Of a stretch of DNA of 64,000 bases, positions 51,201 through 64,000 are shown piece by piece. The notes under the pieces are model-generated. The model searched no databases. It was given only the letters and a program-made list of their open reading frames with translations, and was not told the DNA's origin. This DNA is from Antedon mediterranea. Lineage: Eukaryota > Animalia > Echinodermata. The stretch covers positions 20,257,432 to 20,321,431 of the forward strand of contig NC_092679.1 of assembly GCF_964355755.1 (NCBI RefSeq), read 5' to 3'. Within the stretch, counting starts at the first letter, position 1. Each line of letters begins with the position of its first letter. The position numbers and the translations under genes were made by a program.

Positions 51201-52667
51201 CTTTCTAACCCAAGAAAGTATTTTGTATTCCGCTCGCCTTCCTCTATCCATTTTACTCTGGACCTAATTTGCGCGCCTTTTGCTTCTACATTATAAATGT
51301 TTTCAAGCTCTATTTTTTTGTTTTCAATTTTATTTTCAATGGTTATGTCACAATTTTGAGTATTCATAATTGTTTCATTTAAGTTTTTTATTTGTTTTTG
51401 TAATTTTTCTTTCTTTTTATTCTGGTTTTTATTTTTTTGTTTTCCGTATGCAATTGAAAATTCTTTTATTTTTGTTTTTACAAGCTCCCATAACAAACTT
51501 GCACTTACAGGTTCTCTATTATTTTTTAGTATTGAAACATCAATTATTTTAATTACTAATTTTGTAAATGTTTCATTTTTCAGAAAGCTATTGTTGAACA
51601 TCCATAAACCAGGACCGCGTTTTTTTTTCATGCAAATCTATTTTAATTGATACCGCCTGGTGATCTGTGAGAATAGCTGGACGAATGTCACAGGCTAAAC
51701 CATCTCCATTTGAAAAGAGATCTTCTGATATTAACCAGTAATCCAGCCTACGGAAAATGTTGTTAAATCTCTTACGCCACGTAAATTGTCGCTTATTCAT
51801 GTTTTTGGATCTCCAAATATCATTTAAATTTAAATTTTTCATTAGGTTTTTAATCGTAAAAACAGATTTATCAGACCTATTTGCGCTACCTTTTTGGTCA
51901 ATGTCACTATTCATGATGCAATTCAGATCTCCACCTAGAATGATAGAATTACCCTTCCCTCCATCAAAGTCATTGTAACGTTTGTGTATGGTCCTAAAGA
52001 ATGCACTTCTATTTTTGCTTTCATTAGGAGCATAAATATTTATAATGTCCAATTCCTTTTCATTTATCATTAAATTAAGAAATATATATCTTCCATCAAT
52101 ATCAGTTAACTTTTTAACAATTTTGCATTCAAGACCTTTTCGTAATAGTATCGACACTCCTCTACTATGTGAATTACCTATACTATGGATCGCTTCACCT
52201 TCCCAAACAAAGTTTGATTTATTAATAATCTCATTTGTTAGATGGGTTTCCTGAAGCAGACATATATCTGCTTTTTGATTTTTTACCCATTGGAATAGCT
52301 TATGTTGCTTATTTATATTTCTAGCTCCTCTAACGTTTAGTGTTATACAATGTAAATTCATAAGATTAGAGTAAAGAGCTTCCTAGGGAAATTACAATAT
52401 TTAGAATACATATTATTAAGATTAAATTACTTGTTTTTGTTTCTCTTTCTTAAACTTCTTTTTTCAATACTCTTTGTTTTTTCTTCTGTCCTGCCTTCAT
52501 TTCCGGACTGTTCCTTCAGATCTCTCGCTGCTTTCTTGTTTGTGCTAACACTTTTACTTTTTTGCATAATTTTTTCAAAGTAGTCAGTTACCTTCTTCTG
52601 TTCATGCTCCTCTCTTTCCCCAACTTCCTGCTCCTCTCTTTCTTCAGCTTTCTGGTACTTTCTTCCC
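48227..52667 (-). mobile_element. Tx1/L1-clade retrotransposon, 5'-truncated copy 2 (ORF2 frameshifted)
   Basis: Near-identical to 33464-39499 without the Helentron insert; poly(T) at 48227; TSD GGCGCTGAAGC(T) at 48216 and 52668; ORF2 pieces 52361-48597. Confidence 0.92.
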
Positions 52668-53950
52668 GGCGCTGAAGCTATATGAAGTGAACGCGAACAT
52701 TTTTTACTGTATATTATATTCCCCGACAAAAAGTACCCGTGTTCCCCGACGGGGGGGCTAGGCTCCCCGACGAGGGGGCTAGAGCCCCCGTAGCCCCCCC
52801 CCCCCCCGCTGGCGCCACCACTGTAAACACCTGTGTATATGAATGTGAATCAACGATGTTCCAGGTATAAATGTACTAAACACTTGTGTATATGAATGCG
52901 AGAATGATGTTCCAGATATAAATGTACTAAACACTTGTGTATATGAATGTGAATCAACGATGTTCCAGATATAAATGTACTAAACACTTGTGTATATGAA
53001 TGTGAATCAACGATGTTCCAGGTATAAATGTACTAAACACTTGTGTATATGAATGTGAATCAATGATGTTCCAGGTATAAATGTATTGATCATTTGTGTT
53101 TCAATGATGTTAACGATATAAATGTTAAAAAAAATCAAATCCTGCAGGTTAGGCCTAAACTATTTCTTTTTACCTCATAAAAAGATATAGTTTTAATTAG
53201 ATTTACACAAATAATACATTTTTCATATGTATTTATTATCTAACATGACTATTAAATAATTAATAAGGAAGAAGGTTTAATTATCTATAAAATAAATCTA
53301 TTTTCATCATAATCGGTTAAGTATTTAATGAGTTACAAGCAAAAATAGAGTACCTTTCACTTACTTAAATAGCGCCCTCAACTTCAAAATTTTATTAAAC
53401 ATTATTAAATCCCTGCTACAAGTACCCAAACTTAATCGTTAATAACTTATGTTTGCCTTTTCACAAACACATGTAGTTTACACATTATTTGCTAGTATAT
53501 AGTGGGTCAGTTTTTTTTTTGTGCATATGTGAAAAAAAAAATAAATATGACTTTTTGCCTTAATTAACATAATAAATATGATATATCGCACATTTTTCTG
53601 AATTTTTTGCTAAAATTCTATATTTTTGCTTAAAGAATGTTATTTCATTACAGTAAAGTTAAAAAAAAATTATTTTATTGAATAGATAATGTAAATAGCT
53701 ATTAATCAACATTATTTTCAACAAAATACATCAAATATTTATTAAGTTATGGACAATAAAGTGCATCACTATAAAATGGCGGCCATTTTTGACGCCATCT
53801 TGGATTTCAAGGTGACCGCAGTAAATTTGCAACGGCACACCTCGTGATTATTTTGTCTCAGGGTATTAGCTAATAAAAAAAGTTGGTGTGCTGAGTGTGT
53901 AGAAACATGGCAATGGGACCTCTCTATACAAGCTATTGGACCTCCGCTTA

Positions 53951-54251
53951 TTAGCTAGGTACGCACTTGTCTGACGGTATCCCTTTGTACGAATCGTTCA
54001 ACGTTGGGTTGAGACGCGTGATATCAAGTTCCATCCAGGGACCAAAATGTGTAAGGTAGTTATTTTCCAGGCGAAGTTTACCGACGGTTACCGAAGAAAA
54101 CACGGGTACTTTTTGTCGGGGAATATAATATACAGTAAAAAGCGTTCGCGTTCACTTCGTAGCTAGCTTCAGCGCCTAGAAAACCGCGACGTTTCATTGA
54201 CCGTGAGAGTACGTCAGAGTGATATTATGCACTTTATATGCATTCATTATT
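53951..54251 (-). repeat. Inverted fragment of the hAT internal ~300-bp unit
   Basis: Reverse complement of ~47810-48113. Confidence 0.85.
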
Positions 54252-57200
54252 CACCCGATTCTGCTACTGTCCACAGGTGCTATCTGTAAAACTATAGAAA
54301 GTTATACACGTTGCTGTCTGCTATAAATGCTGTACTTTTAACACACGGTACACTGTCTGTAGCACAGTGTGTGTTGACAATTTACAATGATGTACAACCA
54401 TAGGCAGGTTTTCGTACTGCCATGCAAGAATGGATAGGTGTTTTCCGCCGCTTTTAGGCCTTCTAGTCAATTATTGTTATTATTATACGAATTACGTAAT
54501 TAGTCTACTAGCTCATCTACCTTTTTAGCAGGGCATAATGAATATTGTAGCTAGGCTAGGCCTACTAGTCTAGCGGGAAATCAACCAATTATTTGGTTGG
54601 ATACGAGTTTAGGGTAGGAAGTTAAGTACGAGTTGGCATGGGTACGAGTCGACCAGAGGTGAATCGACCAGAGTACACCCGGCCGCCCTACTAGAGCATA
54701 GGCTACAGGCCTGCAGGAATGGGAAATCTGTCCTAGCTATAGGCATAGGCCTACATTGGGATGCCCAAAAAAGCCATCCTATGAGCATAAAAAGGCCTCG
54801 TAGAGCCAGACATGTTAACATATACTACACAGTACTAGTACGTCTACCATTTATTATAGTTCCATGGTACTACGGATCACTACTAGGCTATCTAGGTCTA
54901 GTAGGCTAGGGTAGGGTTCCAGTAATTTCGGTCGCGTTTTTTCAGGAGGGCATGTGAGAGGTGAGGTAGGTTAGCCCAGCTAGTGTAATATAATGTTGCG
55001 TTGTTGAGGTACTAATGAAGACTCTGACTCGCTTGACTGTCGTAACACATATATTGTTTATTCAGTATAATACTTCAGTACAATATACAACTATAAGTAT
55101 AGATAAGGAACGGAGATCAATGATGCTGTCGGTGAGGTGTGAAGTGTGTAGGTCTGCTTCTGAAGAAGTGGCTGTGAGGTGTAGATGTTCTTCTGAAGAA
55201 GTGGCTGTGAGGTGTGTCTGGGCCCTTCTGAAACTTGGGAGTATATTGGCCCTCGGTTCATTTGCATATGTCACTACGTAATCTGTGAGGGTAACGATTG
55301 GTCCTAAGTTGATCCAGGGGTGTTTAAGTGGGAATGATTGATCTTATCTGGGGAGGTTACAATGATGAATTGGCCCTGTCGAATCTCTGCTAAAAGCTGT
55401 CAATATCTAATTGTTTTACGATGAGAACAGTCACAAAATTAAGCTAAGTGTTTTCTTTAGGGATTCTATTAATATTATAAACTAAATGGTCGTTAAAACA
55501 TCTGGACAAACTCTCCTCTGGACTTTCTGGGTCAAGTTTGTGAACCTATTTGAATTCCGATACAAAGGTCAATTTCTTAAATATAAAAGTATATCGTTAT
55601 ATTACACTAGGCTAAACTAACATGTAAGTAGTATTCTACCATGGGATGGGAACGAGTCGGCATGGGGTACGGGTTGATCTTTATCCGTATTCTAGGGTGC
55701 TGGTCAACCCGTAACGTACCCATGTCAACTCGTACCAAACTTGGCTAACTCGTACCCAAATAATTGGTCAACTCGTACCAATAGCTTTATTGATATCTGG
55801 GTTCAAATCTAGGTTGGGACGGTTTTTTCTCATTCTAAAACAGATTTCCTTATAATAATAAAATAATATCGACCTATGAATTTAACTGTAATATTGTATT
55901 GTATACATAATATTAGTAGTAATAGTAATTCCCATTGCATTTATTATTATAATATATTTTACGGTTACCCCTTAACTATACTATAGTATAACTTCCTTGT
56001 TATATTTTACAATATTTTCTTCATCAATCAACAATTTTTTTTTCACAGCTAATTATCAAACTGAATCGTCACACACCAAATCTCATGAAGTCTCTAGTGT
56101 ATTTCTCCAAGCTAATCCAGCTACATGGTATTGCCTTGAGGCTAAACTACACTGTATACTGGGCACTACCATCATTCCTGGCCCGTCAACCTGGACCACA
56201 TTATGGTCCAACACTGTCGTGTACTACTGATTCCAAATAGTGAATTACATCCTGTGGTCAAGGATTTATTTGCACTTATCAATCAATCAATCAATCAATA
56301 ATTTTTATTTCTCAAATATGCTTATTTCCTCCAACATACAGAGTATGTAGGGCTTTTAATTTGCTTTTATACCTGTTAATTAAAAAATCGTTTATGCCTA
56401 TTGTGCATAAAGATCAAATTTAGACTGTAAATACTGGGATGATCACCCTAAATTTCTTTTTCATTTAACAATTTTATATTTCACAGCCAGAAAAAAGCAT
56501 ACAGAGTTTTTTTTATTCATAACTGTTGAATTGCATCCCAATACATGGTACCTATTGGTATTATATCTATAAATATAAAGTACGGTACTCTCTTATAAAT
56601 AGATGTATCTCTCCAAACTACTCCAACTACCTAATCTAATAATAGTACTATTAGCATACTACTGTACACTTTGTAGACAAGAAATAAGTTGTATCCACCT
56701 AGAGGACTTATGGTAGTACTGTACAGTCGATCGTCCTCTCACTGGCCTGGTCAACATAATCTATGTCTAGATTATTACAGTAATTAAAAAGTACATTATT
56801 ACAGAGATTTTTTTTTTTTGCAGAAATCAAAGTTATGTGTATAGAAAGCAGTACTCGTATTAAAAACTAAGCAGGTTGTACTAAACGCAAACTGGCAGGA
56901 TATTTTGAATATTTTTTGTTCATTTTCCACGAACTGGAGACAAAGACATATTACGACCCTTTTATTTAAATTTATTTGGATAGACCTCCATATAAATTCA
57001 TTAAAGGCTATATGATTGTTTTATATTTTAATAATGTGATAGTAGAAAACCATTGTGCATAATGAGGACTATGAATCTAATATTTACTTGCATTCTCATC
57101 TTTTTAACATTTCATTTATAATGCTGGTAATGAATTTACTATTGAAAAGGTCATGTTTCCACTTATCTCAAATGTTGGCACCCACCTCTAACCTTGGTAG

Positions 57201-60200
57201 AACTGACTGTGTTCTACATGAGTACATATAGTAGTGTTTCCACCAGACTACTTCAACCTGGTAATTGAATAAATTTCATTGGGGTAACATTTAAACTAAT
57301 TATCACCTTTAACATAAAGTATCCTCCTGAAACATGTATTTGTACTGTACTTCATCTGATATCCATTACTTAATACTAATTTATGTGATTTATGTCTAAC
57401 TTCAGGAATGATCTGAGGCTAGAAGAACGAATTTCTGTACACATATAAAAAATAAACCAATGTTTTCCTAATAATTTAACCCCTAGGTTGATAACTAACA
57501 AAGAAATTATTGAAATTATGTTCTCATAAAGGTGTACTGTATCTACATATGCATGCTGCTGTACTTGTTTTTAACCGCATAATGGCATTGAAAACAAGAA
57601 TGTTTTATAATTATTATAGGTTATTTCCAAATATTAAAGGTCTGAAACAGAAACCAAATGTTACCAAACTATGTTTTTGAAAATCTCTAAGATATAATAT
57701 AATAATATGAACATAATATTAAATTATATTGATAATCATGTCCTTATAAATTCATTTATATTTCTTTTGTGTAATATAGTTCATATATTATGTATTAAAT
57801 AAATTGGTAAGGCCCTATACTGTTTATATTTAAGAAAAGTTTATATACACTGTTATTTTATGCCTACCAATATTAGTATTAATTGTTTATGTAACTATTT
57901 TGTCTAATTGCATTGATTTTTTGTATAGGCCAATGGCATTAATGTTTTTCTCAAAGCAAATTAGCCTAATAATGCCATATTTAGACACTTAATTCATTGA
58001 TTTCTGATATTCTGTACTTGTGTATGCATTACTAAAATAGTAGTTATTTTATTTCATTTATAATGTATGTATAAACATTTATTCAGTTCTTTTTTTACCT
58101 TTTTAAGTTTAAAAAATATTAAAATACCTATCAACCTTTCTGTTATTGTTACTATTATAATATTTTTTGCAGAAGATTGATTTCAATAAAAAAAATTTAA
58201 AACATTTAATTTGACTTATACTGTACTATGTTAGTTCAGGAGATGAAGTAAGTGTGTGTTGGTAGAATCTGGTGTGTTTGAGGTTGGTGATGTGAGGTGT
58301 ATTTTTGTGACTTTAAGACCTAAATTAGATGTTTTCTGAAGAAAAGAAGCAAATAGGCTTCCCAATAAAATAGTATGTAATAGTGTATATTAAAGTACAT
58401 TGAATGAATTCGAGCGGAAAAATAACACACATAAAAAAATATTCATTTTCTTGTCGAAAAGCGCCCTCTCTAGTTTTCTATTAATTTATTAATAATTATT
58501 ATTAATTAATGAGTAATATAAACATATTTTTAACATTTGATGATGGAAGCTGATTCTACTCCAAACAAAGTTTCATACCTCCAAATTTCATCAACGTATT
58601 CAAAGCACTTCAATAAATATCACATTGAACATTAAAAATTAGGGTTATGGATAGAATTTTGCTTAAAACATATACAAAAAACATCGATAAAAAATAGTTT
58701 TCGTATTCAAAAACAGTTGATACTTGGTATAAATGTTCAATATAGGTTGCTCCATCCATATTGCAAAAAAAAAATAACTATCGAGCCATATTACTGATTT
58801 TTTAAATTTACGTTTTCACAAAATGTACACTTATGAAAGACCATACAATTCCAATGCATTTTTTAAACCTAATCACGATTTTGAAAAAAACAACCAACAA
58901 AAAACGTTCATGAATGAAATTTTGTTTCTGTGAATAGAGCAACCTATATTGAACATATAAAAGAAGTTTCAAATGTTTTTAAATTCGAAAAGTATTTTTT
59001 ATCGATGTTTTTTGTATGTTTTTAAGCAAAATTCTATCCATAACCCTAATTTTTAATGTTCAATGTGATATTTATTGAAGTGCTTTGAATACGTTGACGA
59101 AATTTGGAGGTATGACACCTTGTTAGGAGTAGAATCAGCTTCCAGCATTAAATGTTAAAAATAAGTTTATATTACTCATTAATTAATAATAATTATTAAT
59201 AAATTAATAGAAAACTAGAGAGGGCGTTTTTCGACAAGGAAATGAATGATTTTTTATGTGTGTTATTTTTCCGCTCGAGTTTATTCAATGTAGTGTAATA
59301 TACACTGTTACATACTATTTTATTGGGAAGTAATTATTTTTGTGTGAATCTTCTTGGAGTTGTTTTAAAGCCTATCCACTTACTTCTTTTCTTCAGAAAA
59401 CATCTAATTTAGGTCTTAAAGTGACAAAAATACACCTCACATCACCAACCTCCAACACACCAGATTCTACCAACACACACTTCATCTCCTGAACTAACAT
59501 AGTACAGTATAAATCAAATTAATTGTTTACAATTTTTTTTATTGAAATCAATCTGCCGCAAAAAATATTATAATAGTAACAATAACAGAAAGGTAGATAG
59601 GTATTTTAATAATTTTTAAACTTAAAAATGTAAAAAAAAAATGAATAAAAGTTTATACATACATTATAAATGAAATAAAATAACTACTATTTTAGTAATG
59701 CATACACAAGTACAGAATATCAGAAATCAATGAATTATGTTTCTAAATATGGCATTATTAGGCTAATTTGATTTGAGAAAACATTAATGCCATTGGCCTA
59801 TACAAAAAATCAATGCAATTAGACAAGTTACATAAACAATTAATACTAATATTGGTAAGCATAAAATAATAGTGTATATAAACTTTCCTTAAATATAAAC
59901 AGTATAGGGCCTTACCAATTTATTTAATACATAATATATGAACTATATTACACAAAATAAATATAAATGAATTTATAAGGACATGATGATTATCAAAAAT
60001 AGTCAATATAATTTAATATTATGTTCATATTGTTATATTATATCATAGAGATTTTCAAAAACATAGTTTGGTAACATTTAGTTTCGGTTTCAGACCTTTA
60101 ATATTTGGAAATAACATAATACTGTAATTATAAAACATTCTTTTTTTTAAATGCCATTATGCGGTTAAAAACAAGTACAGCAGTATGCATATGTAGATAC

Positions 60201-61275
60201 AGTACACATATATTGTGAGAACACAATTTCAATAATTTCTTTGTTAGTTATCAACCTAGGGGTTAAATTTTTAGGAAAACATTGGTTTATTTTTTATATA
60301 AATTATAATTTATGTGCAGAAATTCGTTCCTGAAGTTAGACATAAATCACCCAAATTAGTATTAAGTAATTAAATGAATAGTAGATGCAGTACAAAATGA
60401 ATAGTAGATGCAGTACAGTACAAATACATGTTTCAGGAGGATACTTTATGTTAAAGGTGATAATTTTACCCCGATGAAATGTATTAAATTACCAGGTTGA
60501 AGTATGGTGGAAACACTACTATATGGTAAATTAAATGTACTCGTATAGAACACAGTCAGTTCTTGAGCACTCTGGAGTGGTATGTGCGCTATAAAAATCT
60601 TATTATTATTATTATTATTACCAAGGTTAGAGGTGTGCCACAATTTGAGATAAGTGGACACATGATTTTTTCAATAGTAAATTCATTACCAGCATTATAA
60701 ATACAATTTAAAAAAGATGAGAATGCAAGTAAATATCAGATTCATAGTCCTCATTATACACAATGATTTTCTACTATCACATATTAAAATATAAAACAAT
60801 CATATAGCCTTTAATGAATTTACATGGAGGTCTATCCAAATAAATTTAAATAAAAGGGTCGTAATTATGTCTTCGTCTCCCTAAACTCTTATCCAACCAA
60901 ATAATTGGTTGATTTCCCGCTAAACTAGTAGGCCTAGCCTAGCTACAATATTCATTATGCCCTGCTAAAAAGGTAGATGAGCTACTAGACTAATTACGTA
61001 ATTCGTATAATAATAACAATAATTGACTAGAGAAGGCCTAAAAGCGGCGGAAAACACCTATCCATTCTTGCATGGCAGTACGAAAACCTGCCTATGGTTG
61101 TACCATGGAGTAAAGAATAAGTCTTTACTCCATGGTTGTACATCATTGTAAATTGTCAACACACACTGTGCTACAGACAGTGTACCATGTGTTAAAAGTA
61201 CAGCAGCAGACAGCAACGTGTATAACTTTCTATAGTTTTACAGATAGCACCTGTGGACAGTAGCAGAATCGGGTG
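54252..61275. mobile_element. Foldback-type non-coding element with CAC...GTG termini
   Basis: Outer IR 54252-~54612 / ~60881-61275 (CACCCGATTCTGCTACTG / CAGTAGCAGAATCGGGTG). Inner diverged IR ~56936-58770 / ~58930-60880. A similar terminus occurs at 63031. No TSD. Confidence 0.7.
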
Positions 61276-61618
61276 GCAAACCAATAATCCTATTGTCGTT
61301 GTAATTAACTGTTTTGATGTAGTCGTGCAAACATTTTCTATAAAATATGGTAATGCCTCCATAGGGGCGTCCTTCAAGTAAGCCATCGGAACTCTTAACA
61401 GACGATATCCCAAAACAATCAAACTCTTCATGTAATGATTTTAATATAGGTAACTCGTCATCAAGCAGTTAATGCTCCTGAATGGCAATAATATCATTAC
61501 TCATACAAAGATTTTTTGCGAGATTTAAATGACCTACAGTTAAAAGAAACACATTTCAGTTTAATACAATTAATTTTAGATTCACTATCCATCATGATGT
61601 ATTGTTTGCCTTATCGGT

Positions 61619-62626
61619 TCATAATACCGTCTGATTATACAGATTGAGGCGCGGCCAGAGCTCCGCTTCATTAATAATACAGTTCTTATTCTTATTATGT
61701 GCAAAACCGCATTCAACCATAAACGAAGTATAGTCAGAACGCTTACTAGGCAACACTTCCACAGTAACGTCAATTTTCTTTACTCTTTTTAGATACGATT
61801 TTATTTCGTCCGCTTTAGTATCAGGACTCAGATTTCCTACATACATCTTGTAAGGTGGGGGATCCCTACCTTTTAAAGCAATATCAACACCGGTTCCACG
61901 CTTGAAATTACCCCGTTTGCGTTTTCGTCTTGGGTACTGAAAGCCGTCATCACAATCCATCCAATCACGAGCGTCCGGATCACTGGAAGGCGGAGTCATT
62001 ACGTCATGTTTGTTTACTTCTGGACGGGTAATTCCCCTCTTCAATACTGGTACGGTAGCTGATTTCACAAACTGTGTTACCGAAGCGGAGTTGCTGTTCT
62101 TACTATTAGCAACTGGGCCGGTATTGGTTGCTACTACGTTAGAAAACAGTTTGTTACTTACAGTGTTTGTAATAGGTTGCAAATCACGATCAGCTAACTT
62201 TTTGTGGGAATCCATAACATCCCTCACTTGTTGAGCAAGCTTACATCGCTGGTTAGTAGCGTAGGCTATGTCGGCCTTAACACAATGGAATTCTGTCCTC
62301 AACCTTTGTAGTTCTCTGAAAATCAATGGGGCATCAATAGCATCCACAGGCACAACCGGTATTTTATTAAGGTTTGCTGCAGCAAAAATAGGCAATTTAG
62401 ACAGGTCACATTGGATGAGATAGCCCAACACATCATTTAGTATACCATCAGCTTTGCGTCGAGGTTTAGGAATCGCATTTTCAGGATCACCTACACAGAC
62501 GCATAACATCTCCTTGGCCTTCTTTATGTCATCATTTGGAAAATTGGCCATACAGATAGCATGTAACCGATCAAATGTCATACTACCCATGTTATTGACT
62601 ACAAAGCACAGAAGTTCATTAATCAA
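61619..62626 (-). CDS. ORF1-like protein of a CR1/L2-group LINE (5' half of the element; decayed APE follows at ~61560-61276)
   Basis: INELLCFVVN N-terminal motif, coiled-coil segment, basic RRKRKR and RRM-like MYVGNLSPDT; followed by SFNCRS-type APE start and PYGG motif; truncated by the foldback. Confidence 0.65.
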   Translation of the reverse strand: MINELLCFVVNNMGSMTFDRLHAICMANFPNDDIKKAKEMLCVCVGDPENAIPKPRRKADGILNDVLGYLIQCDLSKLPIFAAANLNKIPVVPVDAIDAPLIFRELQRLRTEFHCVKADIAYATNQRCKLAQQVRDVMDSHKKLADRDLQPITNTVSNKLFSNVVATNTGPVANSKNSNSASVTQFVKSATVPVLKRGITRPEVNKHDVMTPPSSDPDARDWMDCDDGFQYPRRKRKRGNFKRGTGVDIALKGRDPPPYKMYVGNLSPDTKADEIKSYLKRVKKIDVTVEVLPSKRSDYTSFMVECGFAHNKNKNCIINEAELWPRLNLYNQTVL

Positions 62627-63554
62627 TAGTAATACATCATTTGGACCTTTTCCAGTGGAATCATGATGATCAAATTGGGTGTCATCATCTTCATCAGCAC
62701 CACCATGATTAGCAATCGAGTTATCATCATGATCGCCATGTAATTGTCTTCGGTTCCAGCTAGCCCCCTTTCAGATGACGCCATCACTACGCGCCAATTT
62801 CAAGGGGACGCTACCGGTCAAAACAATGGGCTCACACAGGTTGGACAAAAGGTGATCCCAATGACAGTTCGTGCTAGCTTTTAATGACACAGATACTGAT
62901 AAAAAACATCAATCTTAACAGAATATCTTCACCGATCTTGAAATTTCATACTAGTAGTACATTACCCAAATATATAGGCCTACTAAATTTTCAAAATCCT
63001 GTTAGATTTGTATCAAAAATCGGGAAAATACACCCGATTCTGTAGCTGTTAGTACACTCAGTGTGTCAGTCTACTATATTCTATGACACGTATGACGTAT
63101 TGTATGTAATTTTGGAAAATACAGTATCTAAGACTAAAGTATAGATTTTGCGTGAATATACCCAGTGGCGCATCAGGACCAATGCCTAAAAAGTGCGTAA
63201 CCCAAAATAATTGTATTCTTGCGTGCTCAGAAATCGATTGAAACGACATATAAATTACTCAAAGAGCCGTGGAAAGTATTTCATTTTTATACGTCCCCCA
63301 CTGCTGCCACGGATCTGCGCCGATGACACCCTGTTTTTAGCACACAAGTGCCCCTCACCTTCTACACAGATTATTTCATGTGACGTAAGTATGGTTCACT
63401 ACTATTACTGTAGGCCTTGTCTCTAATATGATGTATATAATTATTCTAGTGTCCATTCTGTTGTAATGCGTTGTGTTATTCTGACGCTTTCTATTCTTAT
63501 AGACTTATAGGAATACCATACCATACATGAACCTGCATTTAAAACCAACAATTC

Positions 63555-63927
63555 ATAACGAGTTTTGTTATTCAAGTTTGCAAAGCTACCTCGAATAGTG
63601 GACGCGGTACTTTCATCTGAAGTAATGAATGGATCAAAAGGGGTTGATCATTTCAAATCAGATGTATACTCTTTAGGAATAGTCTTATGGGAATTGTATC
63701 ACCAGAGGAAGCCCTATGAGGATCTGAATGTGCCAAGTATCATTCAGCACGTGGTTAACGATGGTCATCCAGTAATTGATGCTGAATGTGACGTACGGTT
63801 ACGTGATGTGATGCTAAAATGCTGGAATTACCAACCCGACCAGAGACCAAATGCGGAGCAGATTCTGACGTCACTAATTAACAAAACGAAAGATAGTTCA
63901 AAGGAAAAAGAGAAACATATACATAAA
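63555..63927 (+). pseudogene. Kinase C-lobe fragment paralogous to 27676-28506
   Basis: FKSDVYSLGIVLWELYHQRKPY...CWNYQPDQRPNAEQILTSL, with the same phase-0 donor (cat aaa|gtaagg). The DFG/activation-loop region is frameshifted and no N-lobe is seen. Confidence 0.75.
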
Positions 63928-64000
63928 GTAAGGATAGTAGTTGTTTTCTTTATTTAAGGTATAGAAGACGGTACGTCAAAATCTTAACGAATTGAACATG

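Larger units (their letters stand above)
43198..52823 (+). mobile_element. Non-autonomous hAT family copy 2 (complete), containing copy 3 and Tx1 copy 2
   Basis: TIR CAGGGGTGGCGCCAG / CTGGCGCCACCACTG; 8-bp TSD TAAACACC (43190-43197, 52824-52831). Confidence 0.92.
41020..53950 (+). mobile_element. Deleted Academ-like DNA transposon (transposase remnant, 53-bp array, 3' end), with nested insertions
   Basis: Transposase-like ORF and Cys-rich tail. The 53-bp array continues across the hAT insertion. The 3' end ...CCTCCGCTTA is shared with 19693-19880. No left end was found. Confidence 0.55.

Overview
AT-rich animal genomic DNA with spliceosomal introns and dense transposon nesting; a marine invertebrate is my guess. 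There are two main signals. (1) A 13.6-kb near-perfect palindrome (375-14009) has Polinton/Maverick-type ends (5'-AGTAG...CTACT-3', 6-bp TSD AATTAA) and sits in a host intron. It has no integrase, polymerase or capsid gene. Each ~6.8-kb arm carries a Cys/His protein and an intron-containing gene fusing two PC4/Sub1 ssDNA-binding domains to an ALKBH2-type DNA-repair dioxygenase. The 66-bp centre is itself an imperfect hairpin with a C-GAA-G triloop. (2) A phase-consistent six-exon model (27676-31018, 623 aa) encodes TKL-type kinase, tandem DED, linker, a transmembrane helix and an ALF-like (anti-lipopolysaccharide-factor-like) C-terminal domain. Paralogous pieces lie at 1-231/14096/23082 and ~63555-63927. 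The rest is nested transposons: L2/CR1 LINE fragments, two Tx1/L1 copies each inserted in the same non-autonomous hAT family, a hAT self-insertion, Helitron and Helentron derivatives, a deleted Academ-like element and an older ~7-kb foldback. All family assignments come from motif recognition by eye; no searches were run.
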